From positions 1-47,013 of the forward strand of contig JANQSL010000192.1 in the NCBI GenBank assembly GCA_028284075.1: 47,013 bases of DNA, written 5' to 3'. Shown here in pieces: positions 26,883 through 37,223 of the stretch (positions are counted from its first letter, which is position 1; each line of letters begins with the position of its first letter). The stretch comes from Candidatus Sumerlaeia bacterium (GTDB lineage Bacteria > Sumerlaeota > Sumerlaeia > SLMS01 > JAHLLQ01). The notes beneath the pieces were generated by a model that was not told where the DNA came from, did not search any database, and worked only from the letters and a program-made list of their open reading frames with translations. A program made the position numbers and the translations under genes.

Positions 26883-29854
26883 CGGTCCGCCCGCCTTGCC
26901 GCGGGTTATTCCTGGTGGTCTGGACACTGCTTGCTGCGGTGTCCTTCGCGCAGCAGGCGGGAGGTATTCGGGGAGTTCTCTATGACGACGACTTCGATGC
27001 TCCTCTTCCCGTGGCTCGTGTCACAATTGCGGAAACAGGTGAAGAAGTCACGAGTACGGACGAGGGAAACTATGTGTTTAATCAACTCCCTCCTGGAACC
27101 TATACACTGGTGTTTTCGAAGGATGGATACACTCGTCAGGTCAAAGCGGATGTCGTCGTTTCTCCCGGCCGGCTGACGGAGGTGAATGCCTCGCTGTCCG
27201 GTGATTTTGTGGAGATGGAGGAGTTTGTTGTTCAGGAGATTCAGTTCGCCGGCGGAACGGAAGCGGCTCTTCTGGAACTGCGATTCGAAAGCCCGGCACT
27301 CATGGATTCCATTAGTGCCGAGTTGATGAGCAAAGCCGGTGCAAGCGATGCCGCCGCGGCTCTCACGCTGGTTTCCGGAACAACAGTACAGGATGGAAAG
27401 TTTGCAGTCATCCGTGGCCTGCCGGATCGGTATGTGAACTCCCAGATGAACGGGGTCCGGCTTCCGACAGCCGATCCCGAGAAGCGTGCCGTTCAACTCG
27501 ATCAGTTTCCGGCTGCCGCGATCGAGAGCATTCAGGTCAGCAAGACTTTTACCCCGGACCAGCAGGGCGACGCATCCGGGGGTGCCGTGAACATTGTTCT
27601 CAAGGGCATACCGGACGAAAGAGTCATTCAGGCGGGCGTGTCGACCAGCTACAATGAGCAGTTTTCCTACGAGGATGATTTCCTGACCTCGAACGGAGGC
27701 GGTTTCGATGATTATTGGGGGTTTCGGGAATTCGACGAACAGCTCACCGGACAGAGCTGGGACGGTGCTGTGGGGACGACTCGCGACAGAGCTCCCATCG
27801 ACTACAAATGGAACATGGCTCTTGGTGACAGACTTGAACTGGACGACGGGGTGACCGTGGGTGGCTTCGGAAGCTTCTTTTACGAGCGGGACAGCTCATA
27901 CTTTGAAAACGGAACCAATGACAAGCTGTGGGTTGCCAAAAAAGGGGAGGGACTCACTCCACGTACAAGTCAGGGATCGCCAAGCCAGGACGAATTCCTG
28001 ACGTCTCTCTTCGATGTGACGGAGGGCAGTCAGCAGATTCGATGGGGCATGCTCGGGGCAGTCGGCATTGAGACCGAGAATCATTCGATTACCGCTTCGG
28101 GTCTGTTGACACACGATGCAGAGGACACCGCCTCGCTGCTTGAGGACACGCGCGGAAAAGAGTACTATTTTCCCGGTCATGATCCGGATGATCAGAGCAC
28201 ACCAGGTCATGGAGAGGATTCCCGGGATGCCGCCCCTTACCTGCGGCTGCAGACTCTTTTGTTTCGTGAGCGGGAGACGCGAACTCTGCAGCTGCACGGA
28301 GCCCACACCCTGCCGGATCCCGAGATGGAAATTTCGGGCTTTCTCAACACGCTGAGCCCCGAGGTGGACTGGACGGTTTCGAGAAGCTATTCGGAGCTGA
28401 AAGAGCCGGACAAACGTCAGTTTGGTTCACAATGGAAACCGGGGATTGATGAGTTCAATCTTCCTCCGACCTACACCGCATTCAAGCCCTCCGCAAACTT
28501 CACTCTCGGCAACCTTCAGCGGGTCGACAAGGAAGTCAAAGAGGAGAGCGATCAGTATTCCGTCAATGTCAAGCTTCCCTTCGAGCAGTGGACCGACAGT
28601 GAAGGCTTTCTCAAGTTCGGCATCTTCAAGGATGAAGTGGATCGCAGATACGATCAGGACTCCTTCAGCAACTTTTCGGATCCCAATGACGGCTATGTGG
28701 GGGACTGGGAGGACTATTGGAGTGATGTGTGGGAAGAGCAGGAGCATCTCATCACCGCGGCGAAAATCGATGTTAACTATACCGGCGAGCAGGAGATAGG
28801 AGCCTGGTACTGGATGGCGGATATTCCGCTGACATCCTGGTTTAACGTGATTGGCGGCTACCGGTATGAGGATACCGAGATTTCAATCATTAATGATCCG
28901 GAGGAAAACGCGACCTGGTTTCGGCCGGGAGAGACGAGTCCCTCTGAACTGGGTCCGGGAGACGCGGATGTCTTCTTCGAGCAGTCCGACACGCTTCCAT
29001 CCCTTGGATTCAGATTTCATCCGATTGATCTGATCACACTGCGCGGTAGTTACAGCGAGACCGTCGCACGTCAGACCTTCAGAGAATTAAGTCCGATCCT
29101 GCAGCAGGAGTTTCTCGGCTCTGACATTTTCATTGGTAACCCCGAGCTGCAGATGAGTGCGGTCAAGAACTACGACCTTCGCCTGGACCTGACACCGACG
29201 GATGACACTTTGATTTCCGTATCCTACTTCCTCAAGGAAATCGAAGACCCCATCGAGAACGTTCAACGGGTTGCAAACAACTTCGATTACACGACTCCCA
29301 TCAATTACCCCGAGGGCGAGTTGAGTGGCTGGGAATTGGAGATACGGCAGGAGATGGGTCGTATCTGGGGAGGTCTTGAAGGACTCATGATCGGCGGCAA
29401 CGCGACGTTTATTGATTCCGAAGTAACACTGCCGGAGGAGGAGGCTGCTCAGTTCTCTGATCCGGATGTCGACAAGCCCATCGAGACTCGGGACATGACG
29501 AATGCTCCCGAGCATCTGTACAACATTTACATGACCTACAAGATGGACAAGATCGGGTTAAGGGGAACCGAACTGGCGGTCTTCTACACGGTAAGAGGCG
29601 ACACGCTTGTCGCCGGTGCGGGCACCGACTTCTCACGTTTTGTTCCGAGTGTCTACGAAACGGAGTTTGAGACCCTGAATGCGAGCCTGACTCAGAAAAT
29701 CACGGACTATCTCAAGGTCAAGCTTCAGGTGAAGAACATTCTCGATCCTGAAATACAGACAGTCTACCGCTCTGAGCATCTTGACGGCGACACCGTGAAG
29801 ACGTCGTACAAAAAGGGGCGGGAGTATTCCCTTGGCCTGACAGCATCATTCTAG
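26879..29854 (+). CDS. TonB-dependent outer-membrane receptor with an N-terminal carboxypeptidase-regulatory-like domain
   Basis: Signal peptide; CarbopepD-reg-like block (EGNYVFNQLPPGTYTLVFSKDGY); plug domain (AVIRGLPDRYVNSQMNGVRLP); roughly 700-aa barrel ending ...LGLTASF with a terminal Phe. Confidence 0.85.
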   Translation: MTVRPPCRGLFLVVWTLLAAVSFAQQAGGIRGVLYDDDFDAPLPVARVTIAETGEEVTSTDEGNYVFNQLPPGTYTLVFSKDGYTRQVKADVVVSPGRLTEVNASLSGDFVEMEEFVVQEIQFAGGTEAALLELRFESPALMDSISAELMSKAGASDAAAALTLVSGTTVQDGKFAVIRGLPDRYVNSQMNGVRLPTADPEKRAVQLDQFPAAAIESIQVSKTFTPDQQGDASGGAVNIVLKGIPDERVIQAGVSTSYNEQFSYEDDFLTSNGGGFDDYWGFREFDEQLTGQSWDGAVGTTRDRAPIDYKWNMALGDRLELDDGVTVGGFGSFFYERDSSYFENGTNDKLWVAKKGEGLTPRTSQGSPSQDEFLTSLFDVTEGSQQIRWGMLGAVGIETENHSITASGLLTHDAEDTASLLEDTRGKEYYFPGHDPDDQSTPGHGEDSRDAAPYLRLQTLLFRERETRTLQLHGAHTLPDPEMEISGFLNTLSPEVDWTVSRSYSELKEPDKRQFGSQWKPGIDEFNLPPTYTAFKPSANFTLGNLQRVDKEVKEESDQYSVNVKLPFEQWTDSEGFLKFGIFKDEVDRRYDQDSFSNFSDPNDGYVGDWEDYWSDVWEEQEHLITAAKIDVNYTGEQEIGAWYWMADIPLTSWFNVIGGYRYEDTEISIINDPEENATWFRPGETSPSELGPGDADVFFEQSDTLPSLGFRFHPIDLITLRGSYSETVARQTFRELSPILQQEFLGSDIFIGNPELQMSAVKNYDLRLDLTPTDDTLISVSYFLKEIEDPIENVQRVANNFDYTTPINYPEGELSGWELEIRQEMGRIWGGLEGLMIGGNATFIDSEVTLPEEEAAQFSDPDVDKPIETRDMTNAPEHLYNIYMTYKMDKIGLRGTELAVFYTVRGDTLVAGAGTDFSRFVPSVYETEFETLNASLTQKITDYLKVKLQVKNILDPEIQTVYRSEHLDGDTVKTSYKKGREYSLGLTASF

Positions 29855-29862
29855 GCTCAGAG

Positions 29863-32292
29863 TTGACTCGAATGAAACCGTTGAACCTACCGCAGGTTGA
29901 TCATCGTGCACGCTCGACTCGCAATGCGACCGGTGCATTGGTATTTCTGCTTGTTCTGGGAGTTGCCCTTCTCTCGCCGCCCGGACTCCCGGCTCAGCAG
30001 ACGGGGCAGGGCCCGGTGCTTCAAAACATCGTTGTCCTCGGGCTTGATGAGACCGGCGAGGCCGTTGCGCGGGAAGCGGTTCCGATGCCTCTCGGCAAAC
30101 CCCTGACCCGGCAGGCGATGTTGCAACTTGAAGAGAGGCTGGTGAGTTCGAACCTTCCAACAGAGCATCTCAAAATCAGTCTTCAGCCAATCAACAGTGA
30201 TACGGTGGAGGACGGTGGAGATATTGGAAAACCATCGACGGGTGCGGAGCTGACTCTGGACTTTCGGCCACCCGCGCGAATTGCCTCCATCTCGGTATTT
30301 CCGCTTGTTCGCATTGATGCGAAAGAGCTGTGGGCGCCGATTCCGATTTATGCAGGCGACGGCTTCACAGAGGATTCGCTAAAGAAAATTCTCGATGCCA
30401 TCAGACTGACGGCGGAGGGCGCGGGGCATCGCGATGTTTCGATCATTCCACACCATCGCTGGCTCAGTGACCGAGAGGTCGAGCTCGGGTTCATCGTTGA
30501 GGGGTCGGTATCACCCCTTCTTCACAAGCTGCGCTTTGAAGATGCCGGATTCGGACATGCCTCAGCCATTCGCAAGTTTCTCAAGGAGGAAGAGGAAGAT
30601 CCGTTCTCCAAAGGCTCGCCGGTTACAGCTGCAAGGCTTGCAGAAGTTGAGACAATGGCGGCAAATCTCATGGTGTCCCAGGGCTATCTTGACGCGACAG
30701 CGCGTTTGCTGGAAACATCGGTTGCTCGAAAAGGCCTCGAGATCAGGTATGTCATTGACCGGGGGCCGCGCTACGAAGTTGGAGCCACATACATAACCGG
30801 AGCAAAAATACCGGATCCCGAATTCTGGAAGCCTGCGTCAAAGGGTCTCGAAGGCAGGAAACTGACCGGAAAACGAGTCAAGGAGTTGGAAGAGGCTCTT
30901 GAAAAGCGAGCACAGACCCGGGGCTATATGGCTCCGGAGGTGGAGCTCGATTTCACGTCCAACCGGATTGACAGAACTGTCGCCGTTGATGTCACGGTGA
31001 CGGAAGGGGAAAAGAGTGGAATGCGGCGCGTTTTGATCGAACGCCAACGCCCGGAGCGGGACTACGGAAAATCCTGGTATCATCGCGCCTTTGTTCCGCC
31101 GGTCGAGGAATCAATCATTCGCAAGCAGGTTCGTGTGCGGGAGGGCGAGGAATTGAACCGGAAACTGATCGAAGACGCGGAACGTCGTCTTTGGCGTCTG
31201 GGAACTTTTGACAGCGTGGAGGTTACCACAGCTGCGACCAGTGACACGCTGACTCGCGATGTTGTTGTCAAGGTTCGGGACAAGCGTACCGGCATTCTCG
31301 ATGTGGGACTGGGGGTTAACGATCAGATTGGTCCCGTCATTCGTGCAACTTTTTCCGAGGGTAATGTCGGCGGCCGTGCTGACCGCCTGACCTACTCGGG
31401 GTTTCTCGGTTTCAGCGAGACGGATTTTGGAGGAGAGGTTTCGTATCTGGATCGTTACTGGAAACTCGGGGAAAAGATTGTTGGGGAGCGGCGCGAGCCG
31501 TCCCTGATGTATTCCGCATTCTTAACGGAATATTCCTATCGTGTCTATTCGGAGCGTCGTACTGGCGGTCGGTTGCGGACGCGCTATCTGGTGGGTGACC
31601 CCATGGGGCCCTGGTCCAATTCCTGGGGAGCACGACTGGAGCATATCGACTACAATCCCTTTCGTGGCGAGGATGACTTTGAGGAGAGTTTCGAGTCCTA
31701 TCTGGCCGCAACACTCTCCTGGCACCTGACTCACGATACACGCGATCGCGGAGACGTGGATTCCACAAGCGGTCTGCTCTTTGATACCGGACTTGAGCTC
31801 GGTGACGCCGACGGAACGCTGATCAAGTGGACAAACCATGCTGAGTGGCACCGCCCCATTTCGCGTCACTGGGGATGGGTGAGTCGCGGTCAGTTTGGCC
31901 TGATGCCGTACGATGCTCAGGATGTCGGAATCAGTGACCGCTTTCAGTCCGGTGGTCTCGACACGATCAGAGGCTTCGAATATCGCGGTATCGGACCGGT
32001 GGATGACAGGAACGAGGATTTGCACATTGGTGGTTCAACGATGACCGCACTTCAGAACGAGATTCGCTACATTTACAACAAGAGTGTGGAGTTTCCCCTG
32101 TTTCTCGATGTGGGTACACTGGATGACAGCGCCTTGAAATTCTCCACACCGAACGCCACCGCCGGCCTTGGTATTCGAATGAAGCTCCCTGGAACCGAAC
32201 AAAGGGCCTATCTCTACTACGGGGAGCAGCTTCTCAGTGAAGACACTGACGAACAGCGAAGTCTGCATTTCGGCCTGACGTTCGGGCTTTAG
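29863..32292 (+). CDS. Omp85-family outer-membrane protein (BamA/TamA-like) with N-terminal POTRA repeats
   Basis: C-terminal barrel motifs RFQSGGLDTIRGFEYRGIGP, TALQNEIRY, FLDVGTL typical of the D15/Omp85 surface antigen; about 400 aa of POTRA-like repeats; 9 nt downstream of the TBDR. Confidence 0.8.
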   Translation: MTRMKPLNLPQVDHRARSTRNATGALVFLLVLGVALLSPPGLPAQQTGQGPVLQNIVVLGLDETGEAVAREAVPMPLGKPLTRQAMLQLEERLVSSNLPTEHLKISLQPINSDTVEDGGDIGKPSTGAELTLDFRPPARIASISVFPLVRIDAKELWAPIPIYAGDGFTEDSLKKILDAIRLTAEGAGHRDVSIIPHHRWLSDREVELGFIVEGSVSPLLHKLRFEDAGFGHASAIRKFLKEEEEDPFSKGSPVTAARLAEVETMAANLMVSQGYLDATARLLETSVARKGLEIRYVIDRGPRYEVGATYITGAKIPDPEFWKPASKGLEGRKLTGKRVKELEEALEKRAQTRGYMAPEVELDFTSNRIDRTVAVDVTVTEGEKSGMRRVLIERQRPERDYGKSWYHRAFVPPVEESIIRKQVRVREGEELNRKLIEDAERRLWRLGTFDSVEVTTAATSDTLTRDVVVKVRDKRTGILDVGLGVNDQIGPVIRATFSEGNVGGRADRLTYSGFLGFSETDFGGEVSYLDRYWKLGEKIVGERREPSLMYSAFLTEYSYRVYSERRTGGRLRTRYLVGDPMGPWSNSWGARLEHIDYNPFRGEDDFEESFESYLAATLSWHLTHDTRDRGDVDSTSGLLFDTGLELGDADGTLIKWTNHAEWHRPISRHWGWVSRGQFGLMPYDAQDVGISDRFQSGGLDTIRGFEYRGIGPVDDRNEDLHIGGSTMTALQNEIRYIYNKSVEFPLFLDVGTLDDSALKFSTPNATAGLGIRMKLPGTEQRAYLYYGEQLLSEDTDEQRSLHFGLTFGL

Positions 32293-32299
32293 GGCTCTC

Positions 32300-33475
32300 T
32301 CAGAGTATGTTGTTGAAGCCGGCACCGCCGGATGGTGTCGCGACGTGTAAACCGGCACTGAGGCCTGTTTTTCTCCGGTACTCACCGCCAATGTGCGCTT
32401 CTGCTGATCGAGTGTGTTCAGGATCAACAAGTGCAATTGCGCTTCCTCCGAATCCCGCACCCGTCATTCGACAACCGTAGACACCCGGAGTTGAGGCTGC
32501 GATTTCGACAAGAGTGTCGAGTTCCGTGCAGGAAACCTCGAAATCATTTCTCAGACTCTCGTGCGATTCGAGAAGAAGGCTTCCCGCGCGGTCCATATTG
32601 CTTCGGGACAAAGCCTGCTGGAAGTCGAAAACGCGCCGGTTCTCTCGATGGTTGTGGCGTACGCGTCTGAGAATGTCTCCGGGTAGGTTCTCTGCGTATT
32701 GATCGACGACCTCGGCGGGAACATGGCGCAGGGTGGGGAAACTCTCCCCGGCTTTTTCTCTCAGTATGTGGAGTCCTTCCTCACATTGCTTCCGACGGGA
32801 ATTATACTCCGAGTCTGCAAGGCCACGCTTTTTTCCTGAATCAATGACAAGAATGTTCGCGAGCGAGGAATCGAAGGAAACCAGTTCATGCTCGAGGTTG
32901 TGACAGTCGAGCTTCAATACATGGCCATGTTGTCCGAAGATGGATGTGTATTGGTCCATAACTCCACAGCTGACTCCGACAAGAGGTCCGTTTTCCGCAG
33001 CCTGAGAGAGAAGAGCAAGTTCACGGTCTTTCATGCTCAACTTGCGGATTCCATTGACGAGAACGGCTGTACACACCGTGAAGGCGGCGGAAGATGAGAG
33101 GCCGGCTCCATGAGGAATATCCCCGTCGATCACGGCACGAAGACCCGGTATGTGGCAGCCTTTTTTCTGAAACTGATCAATAACGGCCAGGAAGTAGCTT
33201 TGCCAGGTCCCCATCCCCGGAGAATCCGTAAGCCGGTCCGCTCGGGTTGTCCATTTTTCCTGAAACGTGATACTGTGGAGCTCAAACTCATCGCTGCCTG
33301 AGGGGCCCGCCGCAATGCAGAGGTTTCGGTCGATGGCTGCGGGCATTGCAAAGCCACCGTTGTAGTCGGTATGTTCACCTATCAGGTTAATTCGCCCGGG
33401 GGCGCATGCGATCCACTGAGGATCGGTGCGCCAGATTTCCGCGTATTGCTGCCGGAGAGTGGCCTGCTCAATCAC
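32300..33475 (-). CDS. galK: Galactokinase
   Basis: Galactokinase signature [17 protein letters not shown] and GHMP ATP-site [10 protein letters not shown]. Confidence 0.85.
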   Translation of the reverse strand: MIEQATLRQQYAEIWRTDPQWIACAPGRINLIGEHTDYNGGFAMPAAIDRNLCIAAGPSGSDEFELHSITFQEKWTTRADRLTDSPGMGTWQSYFLAVIDQFQKKGCHIPGLRAVIDGDIPHGAGLSSSAAFTVCTAVLVNGIRKLSMKDRELALLSQAAENGPLVGVSCGVMDQYTSIFGQHGHVLKLDCHNLEHELVSFDSSLANILVIDSGKKRGLADSEYNSRRKQCEEGLHILREKAGESFPTLRHVPAEVVDQYAENLPGDILRRVRHNHRENRRVFDFQQALSRSNMDRAGSLLLESHESLRNDFEVSCTELDTLVEIAASTPGVYGCRMTGAGFGGSAIALVDPEHTRSAEAHIGGEYRRKTGLSAGLHVATPSGGAGFNNIL

Positions 33476-34533
33476 TTCCCAGGCTTTCCTGCGGAATGTT
33501 TGTAGTGTATCTCGCTTTGTTCCCGCAACATGCCCGCAGCGGTTTCAGGAGTCAGATCCCGTTGCGGCATTGCCAGCATCTCGAAACCAACCATGAATTT
33601 TTGCACCGTGGACGACCGAAGGAGTGGTGGATAGTAGTGTGCGTGCAGACACCAGTGGTCCGTGTTCCCGCTCTTGCAGGGAGCTGAATGCCATCCCATC
33701 GTATAAGGAAATGAGACCTGGAAGAGATTATCGTAACGAGTCAGCAGCCGTTTTGTCAAATCGGCAAGTGCGTCCTGATCGGACTCACTCAGTTCCGTGA
33801 GTGAAGGAATGGTGCGGCGGGGGAGGAGAAGCGTTTCGAAAGGCCATTTTGCCCACCAGGGAACCAGAGCGACCCATGCATCATTCTCGCAAACCACACG
33901 CTCTCCTCGGGAGGTTTCAATAGCCAGGTAGTCGGAGAGCAGACATGAGCCTTTTGCCTTAAACCATTCATATTGATGCCGATCTTCACGCTCGACCTCG
34001 AAGGGAACGCATCCCGTTGCCCATATCTGACCGTGTGGATGCGGGTTGCTGCATCCCATGATTGCACCCTTGTTTTCAAAAATCTGGACATAGTGAATAT
34101 TCTCCCGAGAGGAGAGGTTGAGATATTCCAGGATCCATGTTTCAACAACATGGCGGATCGCCCGTTCATCCATTTCCGCCAGCGTGATATCATGGCGCGG
34201 GGAAAAACAAACAACACGGCAAATGCCTGATTCCGGTTCAGTTCCCAGCAACTCATCGTGAATGACGTTTTTGTTCGGTTCGTCGGGAAGCAGAGCCGCA
34301 AAGTCGTTCGTAAAGACATACGTGTTGTCATAGACCGGATTGATGGCGCCGTTCGCACGTTCGTTTCCGGGACAGAGATAGCACTTCTCGTCGTATTTCG
34401 GGCGCGAGTCCTCCTGTGGTATCTCGACCTTGCCCTGCCAGGGTCGCTTCATTCGATGAGGGCTGACAAGAACGGATTCTCCCGTCAGCGGGTTATACCG
34501 TCGATGAGGAACGTCATTAAGATCGATGGTCAT
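33472..34533 (-). CDS. galT: Galactose-1-phosphate uridylyltransferase
   Basis: Zn-site CYLCPGNE and active-site HPHGQIWA (His-Pro-His) motifs; overlaps the galK start by 4 nt. Confidence 0.85.
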   Translation of the reverse strand: MTIDLNDVPHRRYNPLTGESVLVSPHRMKRPWQGKVEIPQEDSRPKYDEKCYLCPGNERANGAINPVYDNTYVFTNDFAALLPDEPNKNVIHDELLGTEPESGICRVVCFSPRHDITLAEMDERAIRHVVETWILEYLNLSSRENIHYVQIFENKGAIMGCSNPHPHGQIWATGCVPFEVEREDRHQYEWFKAKGSCLLSDYLAIETSRGERVVCENDAWVALVPWWAKWPFETLLLPRRTIPSLTELSESDQDALADLTKRLLTRYDNLFQVSFPYTMGWHSAPCKSGNTDHWCLHAHYYPPLLRSSTVQKFMVGFEMLAMPQRDLTPETAAGMLREQSEIHYKHSAGKPGK

Positions 34534-34591
34534 GGTGGTGCAAATATCGACAGAGCCCGTTTCGGTGCAATGTCAGAGCGAGCCCCTCTTC

Positions 34592-35515
34592 TCAAGCAAC
34601 CTTTGACCACATGTCCCGAAGCGCGCGTGCCGAGTTTTGCAAACCCATTCGCTCTTTCGGCCAAAGATCGATTTCCACGTGCTCGATCGCTCCTTCGCGT
34701 CCAATCACGGTCGGAACACTGAAGCAGACGTCACGGACCCCATACGCGCCGCTTTGGAGTGTTGAAACCGGGAGCAAAGTCCTCTTGTTGAGCGCGATGG
34801 CATCAATGACTTCACGAATGGCGACAGCGACCGCCCAGCCTGCGCCACCCTTGCGTTTGATCACCTCCGCGCCGCTCCCCTTTGTCCGTTTATAGAGGCG
34901 TTCCTGTAGAGTGGCGTTCATTCCCGGCACACTTGTCAGTGGCAGGCCGTTGACGCTGGCGCTGGACCAGACTGGCACCATCGTGTCCCCGTGTTCACCC
35001 AGAAGAAGGGCCTTCACCTGTGTCGCCGCAAGGCTCAGTTCCTCCGCAATCAGTGACGAGAAACGGCATGTGTCGAGCATGGTTCCGAGTCCGATGACTT
35101 GTTGCCACGGCAATCCCAGTACTCGCACAGCCTGCATGGTCAGAATATCCACGGGATTGGAGACCACGAAGACAATCGCGTCTCGTTTCATGCCGGCGGA
35201 CTTGATGCTCTCCATGATTTGGTTGAAAAGGCCGAGATTGCGATTAATCAGGTCGAGTCTCGATTCATCAGGCTTTCGACGAAGACCCGCCGTGACCAGA
35301 AAAACGTCACTGTCGGCTCCATCGGCGTAGTTTCCGACATGGATGCGCTGATCGGCCGTCATGGCCGCACCGTGAAGCAGATCAAGCGCCTCACCTTCCG
35401 CAGTCTCCCGGTTGGCGTCTATAATCTGAATGTCGGAGACGATTCCGCCACACTGAAGAGCGAAGGCGGCACACGCTCCAACTCGTCCGCCTCCGCCGAT
35501 AATCGAAACCTTCAT
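34592..35515 (-). CDS. LDH/MDH-family NAD-dependent 2-hydroxyacid dehydrogenase (Arg at the substrate-specificity position suggests malate-dehydrogenase-like)
   Basis: IIGGGGRVG Rossmann motif, AGLRRKPDESRLDL loop (R rather than the Q of LDHs), catalytic GEHGDT. Confidence 0.8.
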   Translation of the reverse strand: MKVSIIGGGGRVGACAAFALQCGGIVSDIQIIDANRETAEGEALDLLHGAAMTADQRIHVGNYADGADSDVFLVTAGLRRKPDESRLDLINRNLGLFNQIMESIKSAGMKRDAIVFVVSNPVDILTMQAVRVLGLPWQQVIGLGTMLDTCRFSSLIAEELSLAATQVKALLLGEHGDTMVPVWSSASVNGLPLTSVPGMNATLQERLYKRTKGSGAEVIKRKGGAGWAVAVAIREVIDAIALNKRTLLPVSTLQSGAYGVRDVCFSVPTVIGREGAIEHVEIDLWPKERMGLQNSARALRDMWSKVA

Positions 35516-35542
35516 GATTTCCGCCGCTCCTTCGAGATTGCG

Positions 35543-36634
35543 TTACGAGGGTTCAATCACCCGCTGCATGATCAAGTCCGTGATTTGCTGTATCAGTTCT
35601 TCGGTCGATTCGTCCCGGTCTTTTGCAACCGGCGCCTTCTTTGACTGGCACTGGCACTTCGGATCCGGCGGTGACGCACAAATGACCCCGGGCCTCCACT
35701 GGGCATCATCCTGCAATGCGATCTCCGAGATGTCCTTTCCGATTCTCGGGTCATGGACGCCCATGGTTTGCTTGATGTTCAGAAGCTCCTTCATTTGGCC
35801 GGATGTAAAGCGATTGGGCGGTGCCCCCAGTTGCGACGTAATGGCAATGGTTCGGCAGTAGGCTTCAAGGATTTCAATCTTGAGGTATGCATCCTCGACC
35901 GAGACATCGCTCCACGCCACTACCCCGTGGTTGGCCATGAGGATTGTGCTGTGATCCGAGCTGTGACTCGCAACCTTCCTGGCGATTTCGATCGTTCCGG
36001 GTGTTTCGTAGCCGGCGATCGGAACTTCCCCGACAAAGAGTTCGAATTCAGGAAGGATCTTGTTTGGCGGCTGGACACCGGATGCCGCAAAAGCGGTCGC
36101 ATAGGGAGGATGACAGTGCACGCACGCCACTGCCCGTGGCTGGGCCTTCATGATTTCCAGATGCATCAGGATTTCGCTGGTGGGTTTTTTTTCACCCGCC
36201 TTTCGATTTCCATCGAGATCCACCATACAGAGATCGGCAGGCTTCATGAAACCCTTGGAAATACGAGTTGGCGTGCAGAGAACAAGATTCCTGTCCACGC
36301 GGATGGAAATGTTGCCGCCATTACCGTCGAGATAGTCGCGAGCCCACATCCGCCGTCCCACTTCGCAGATCTGCTCTTTGCGGTGCGCGTTTTCCGGGGA
36401 GTTGAACAGCGACTCAATGTCCATGCCTGAATTGTTCGAGACGTGGCCGGATGGGTTTTCTGTTTGTGCGGATGGTTGCAGAGCTGATGTTGTGGAACGC
36501 GCGGTCATCCTGCCGAGTTCCGACAACAAGTCCTGAGCCGCGGGTGTTATGATCGCGTCAGCCGGGATGGCGGAAATATCCGTCCCGTTTTTTATCAGCG
36601 TCTCCACGTCCTTGACAGTAATAACCTGTCTCAT
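35543..36634 (-). CDS. Class II (FucA/RhaD-type) aldolase with a roughly 85-aa N-terminal extension and a C-terminal amphipathic encapsulation peptide
   Basis: Core GNGGNISIRV...CVHCHPPYATAFA...MANHGVVAW class II aldolase/adducin motifs; C-terminal EELIQQITDLIMQRVI helix after a Pro/Cys-rich linker. Confidence 0.8.
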   Translation of the reverse strand: MRQVITVKDVETLIKNGTDISAIPADAIITPAAQDLLSELGRMTARSTTSALQPSAQTENPSGHVSNNSGMDIESLFNSPENAHRKEQICEVGRRMWARDYLDGNGGNISIRVDRNLVLCTPTRISKGFMKPADLCMVDLDGNRKAGEKKPTSEILMHLEIMKAQPRAVACVHCHPPYATAFAASGVQPPNKILPEFELFVGEVPIAGYETPGTIEIARKVASHSSDHSTILMANHGVVAWSDVSVEDAYLKIEILEAYCRTIAITSQLGAPPNRFTSGQMKELLNIKQTMGVHDPRIGKDISEIALQDDAQWRPGVICASPPDPKCQCQSKKAPVAKDRDESTEELIQQITDLIMQRVIEPS

Positions 36635-36933
36635 GTTTGGGGCCTGTAATCCAGTGTGTCGATGAGTGCACAGTTATAGGCGTCCACCGGAGTGGGTTTT
36701 TCAAAGGGCATTGCCGCCTCACGCCCTTCGACATAACCGATGATGTTGCCATTCCAGCCTCCCAGGTCGTCATAAACGACAGGCGTTGGAAGGCTGCCGG
36801 TCGGCACCTCTTCTTTGTTTCGCGAAGTGAGGGACTCCTGATCCATGGGGCTGACAATCAACCACCGTCCTCCTTCGACTTGCGGGAGACAGGCGTTCAG
36901 AGTGACTCGCCCTACAACCTGTCCGAGCTTCAC
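36631..36933 (-). CDS. BMC vertex (pentamer) protein, EutN/CcmL/PduN family, copy 3
   Basis: GTG start at 36931-36933 overlaps the TGA of the upstream BMC-P (GTGA); product (M)KLGQVVGRVTLNAC... fits the BMC-P N-terminal consensus. The ORF-track start at 36960 would overlap by 31 nt. Confidence 0.7.
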   Translation of the reverse strand: MKLGQVVGRVTLNACLPQVEGGRWLIVSPMDQESLTSRNKEEVPTGSLPTPVVYDDLGGWNGNIIGYVEGREAAMPFEKPTPVDAYNCALIDTLDYRPQT

Positions 36934-37223
36934 AGAGAACCTCTTTCGGAGGAGCTGCACGAATCGCCTTCATCAACGATACCGACGACCATGTTACGAA
37001 CCGGGCTGTACTCATCCTTGACCTGGTTTCGCGTTGCCGCGCCGTCAGTTGAAACAATGACCGTTGAGTGAAGGCCTGCGCCCCAGGGATCGATGGCAAT
37101 CCACGGGACACCGTATGCCACTCCTTTCTCATCCACCGGCTGGCAGATGAGCATCTTCTGGCCCTTCAGGCTGGGATGTTTGTGAGTGGAAACGGCAGTT
37201 CCTTCCACGCGTGCCAGAATCAT
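36930..37223 (-). CDS. BMC vertex (pentamer) protein, EutN/CcmL/PduN family, copy 2
   Basis: MILARVEGTAVSTHKHPSLKGQKMLICQP...DPWGAGLHSTVIVSTDGAA, the classic BMC-P pattern. Confidence 0.75.
   Translation of the reverse strand: MILARVEGTAVSTHKHPSLKGQKMLICQPVDEKGVAYGVPWIAIDPWGAGLHSTVIVSTDGAATRNQVKDEYSPVRNMVVGIVDEGDSCSSSERGSL

Noticed and set aside
35753-36430. 225-aa + strand ORF
   Set aside because: Antisense to the class II aldolase gene.
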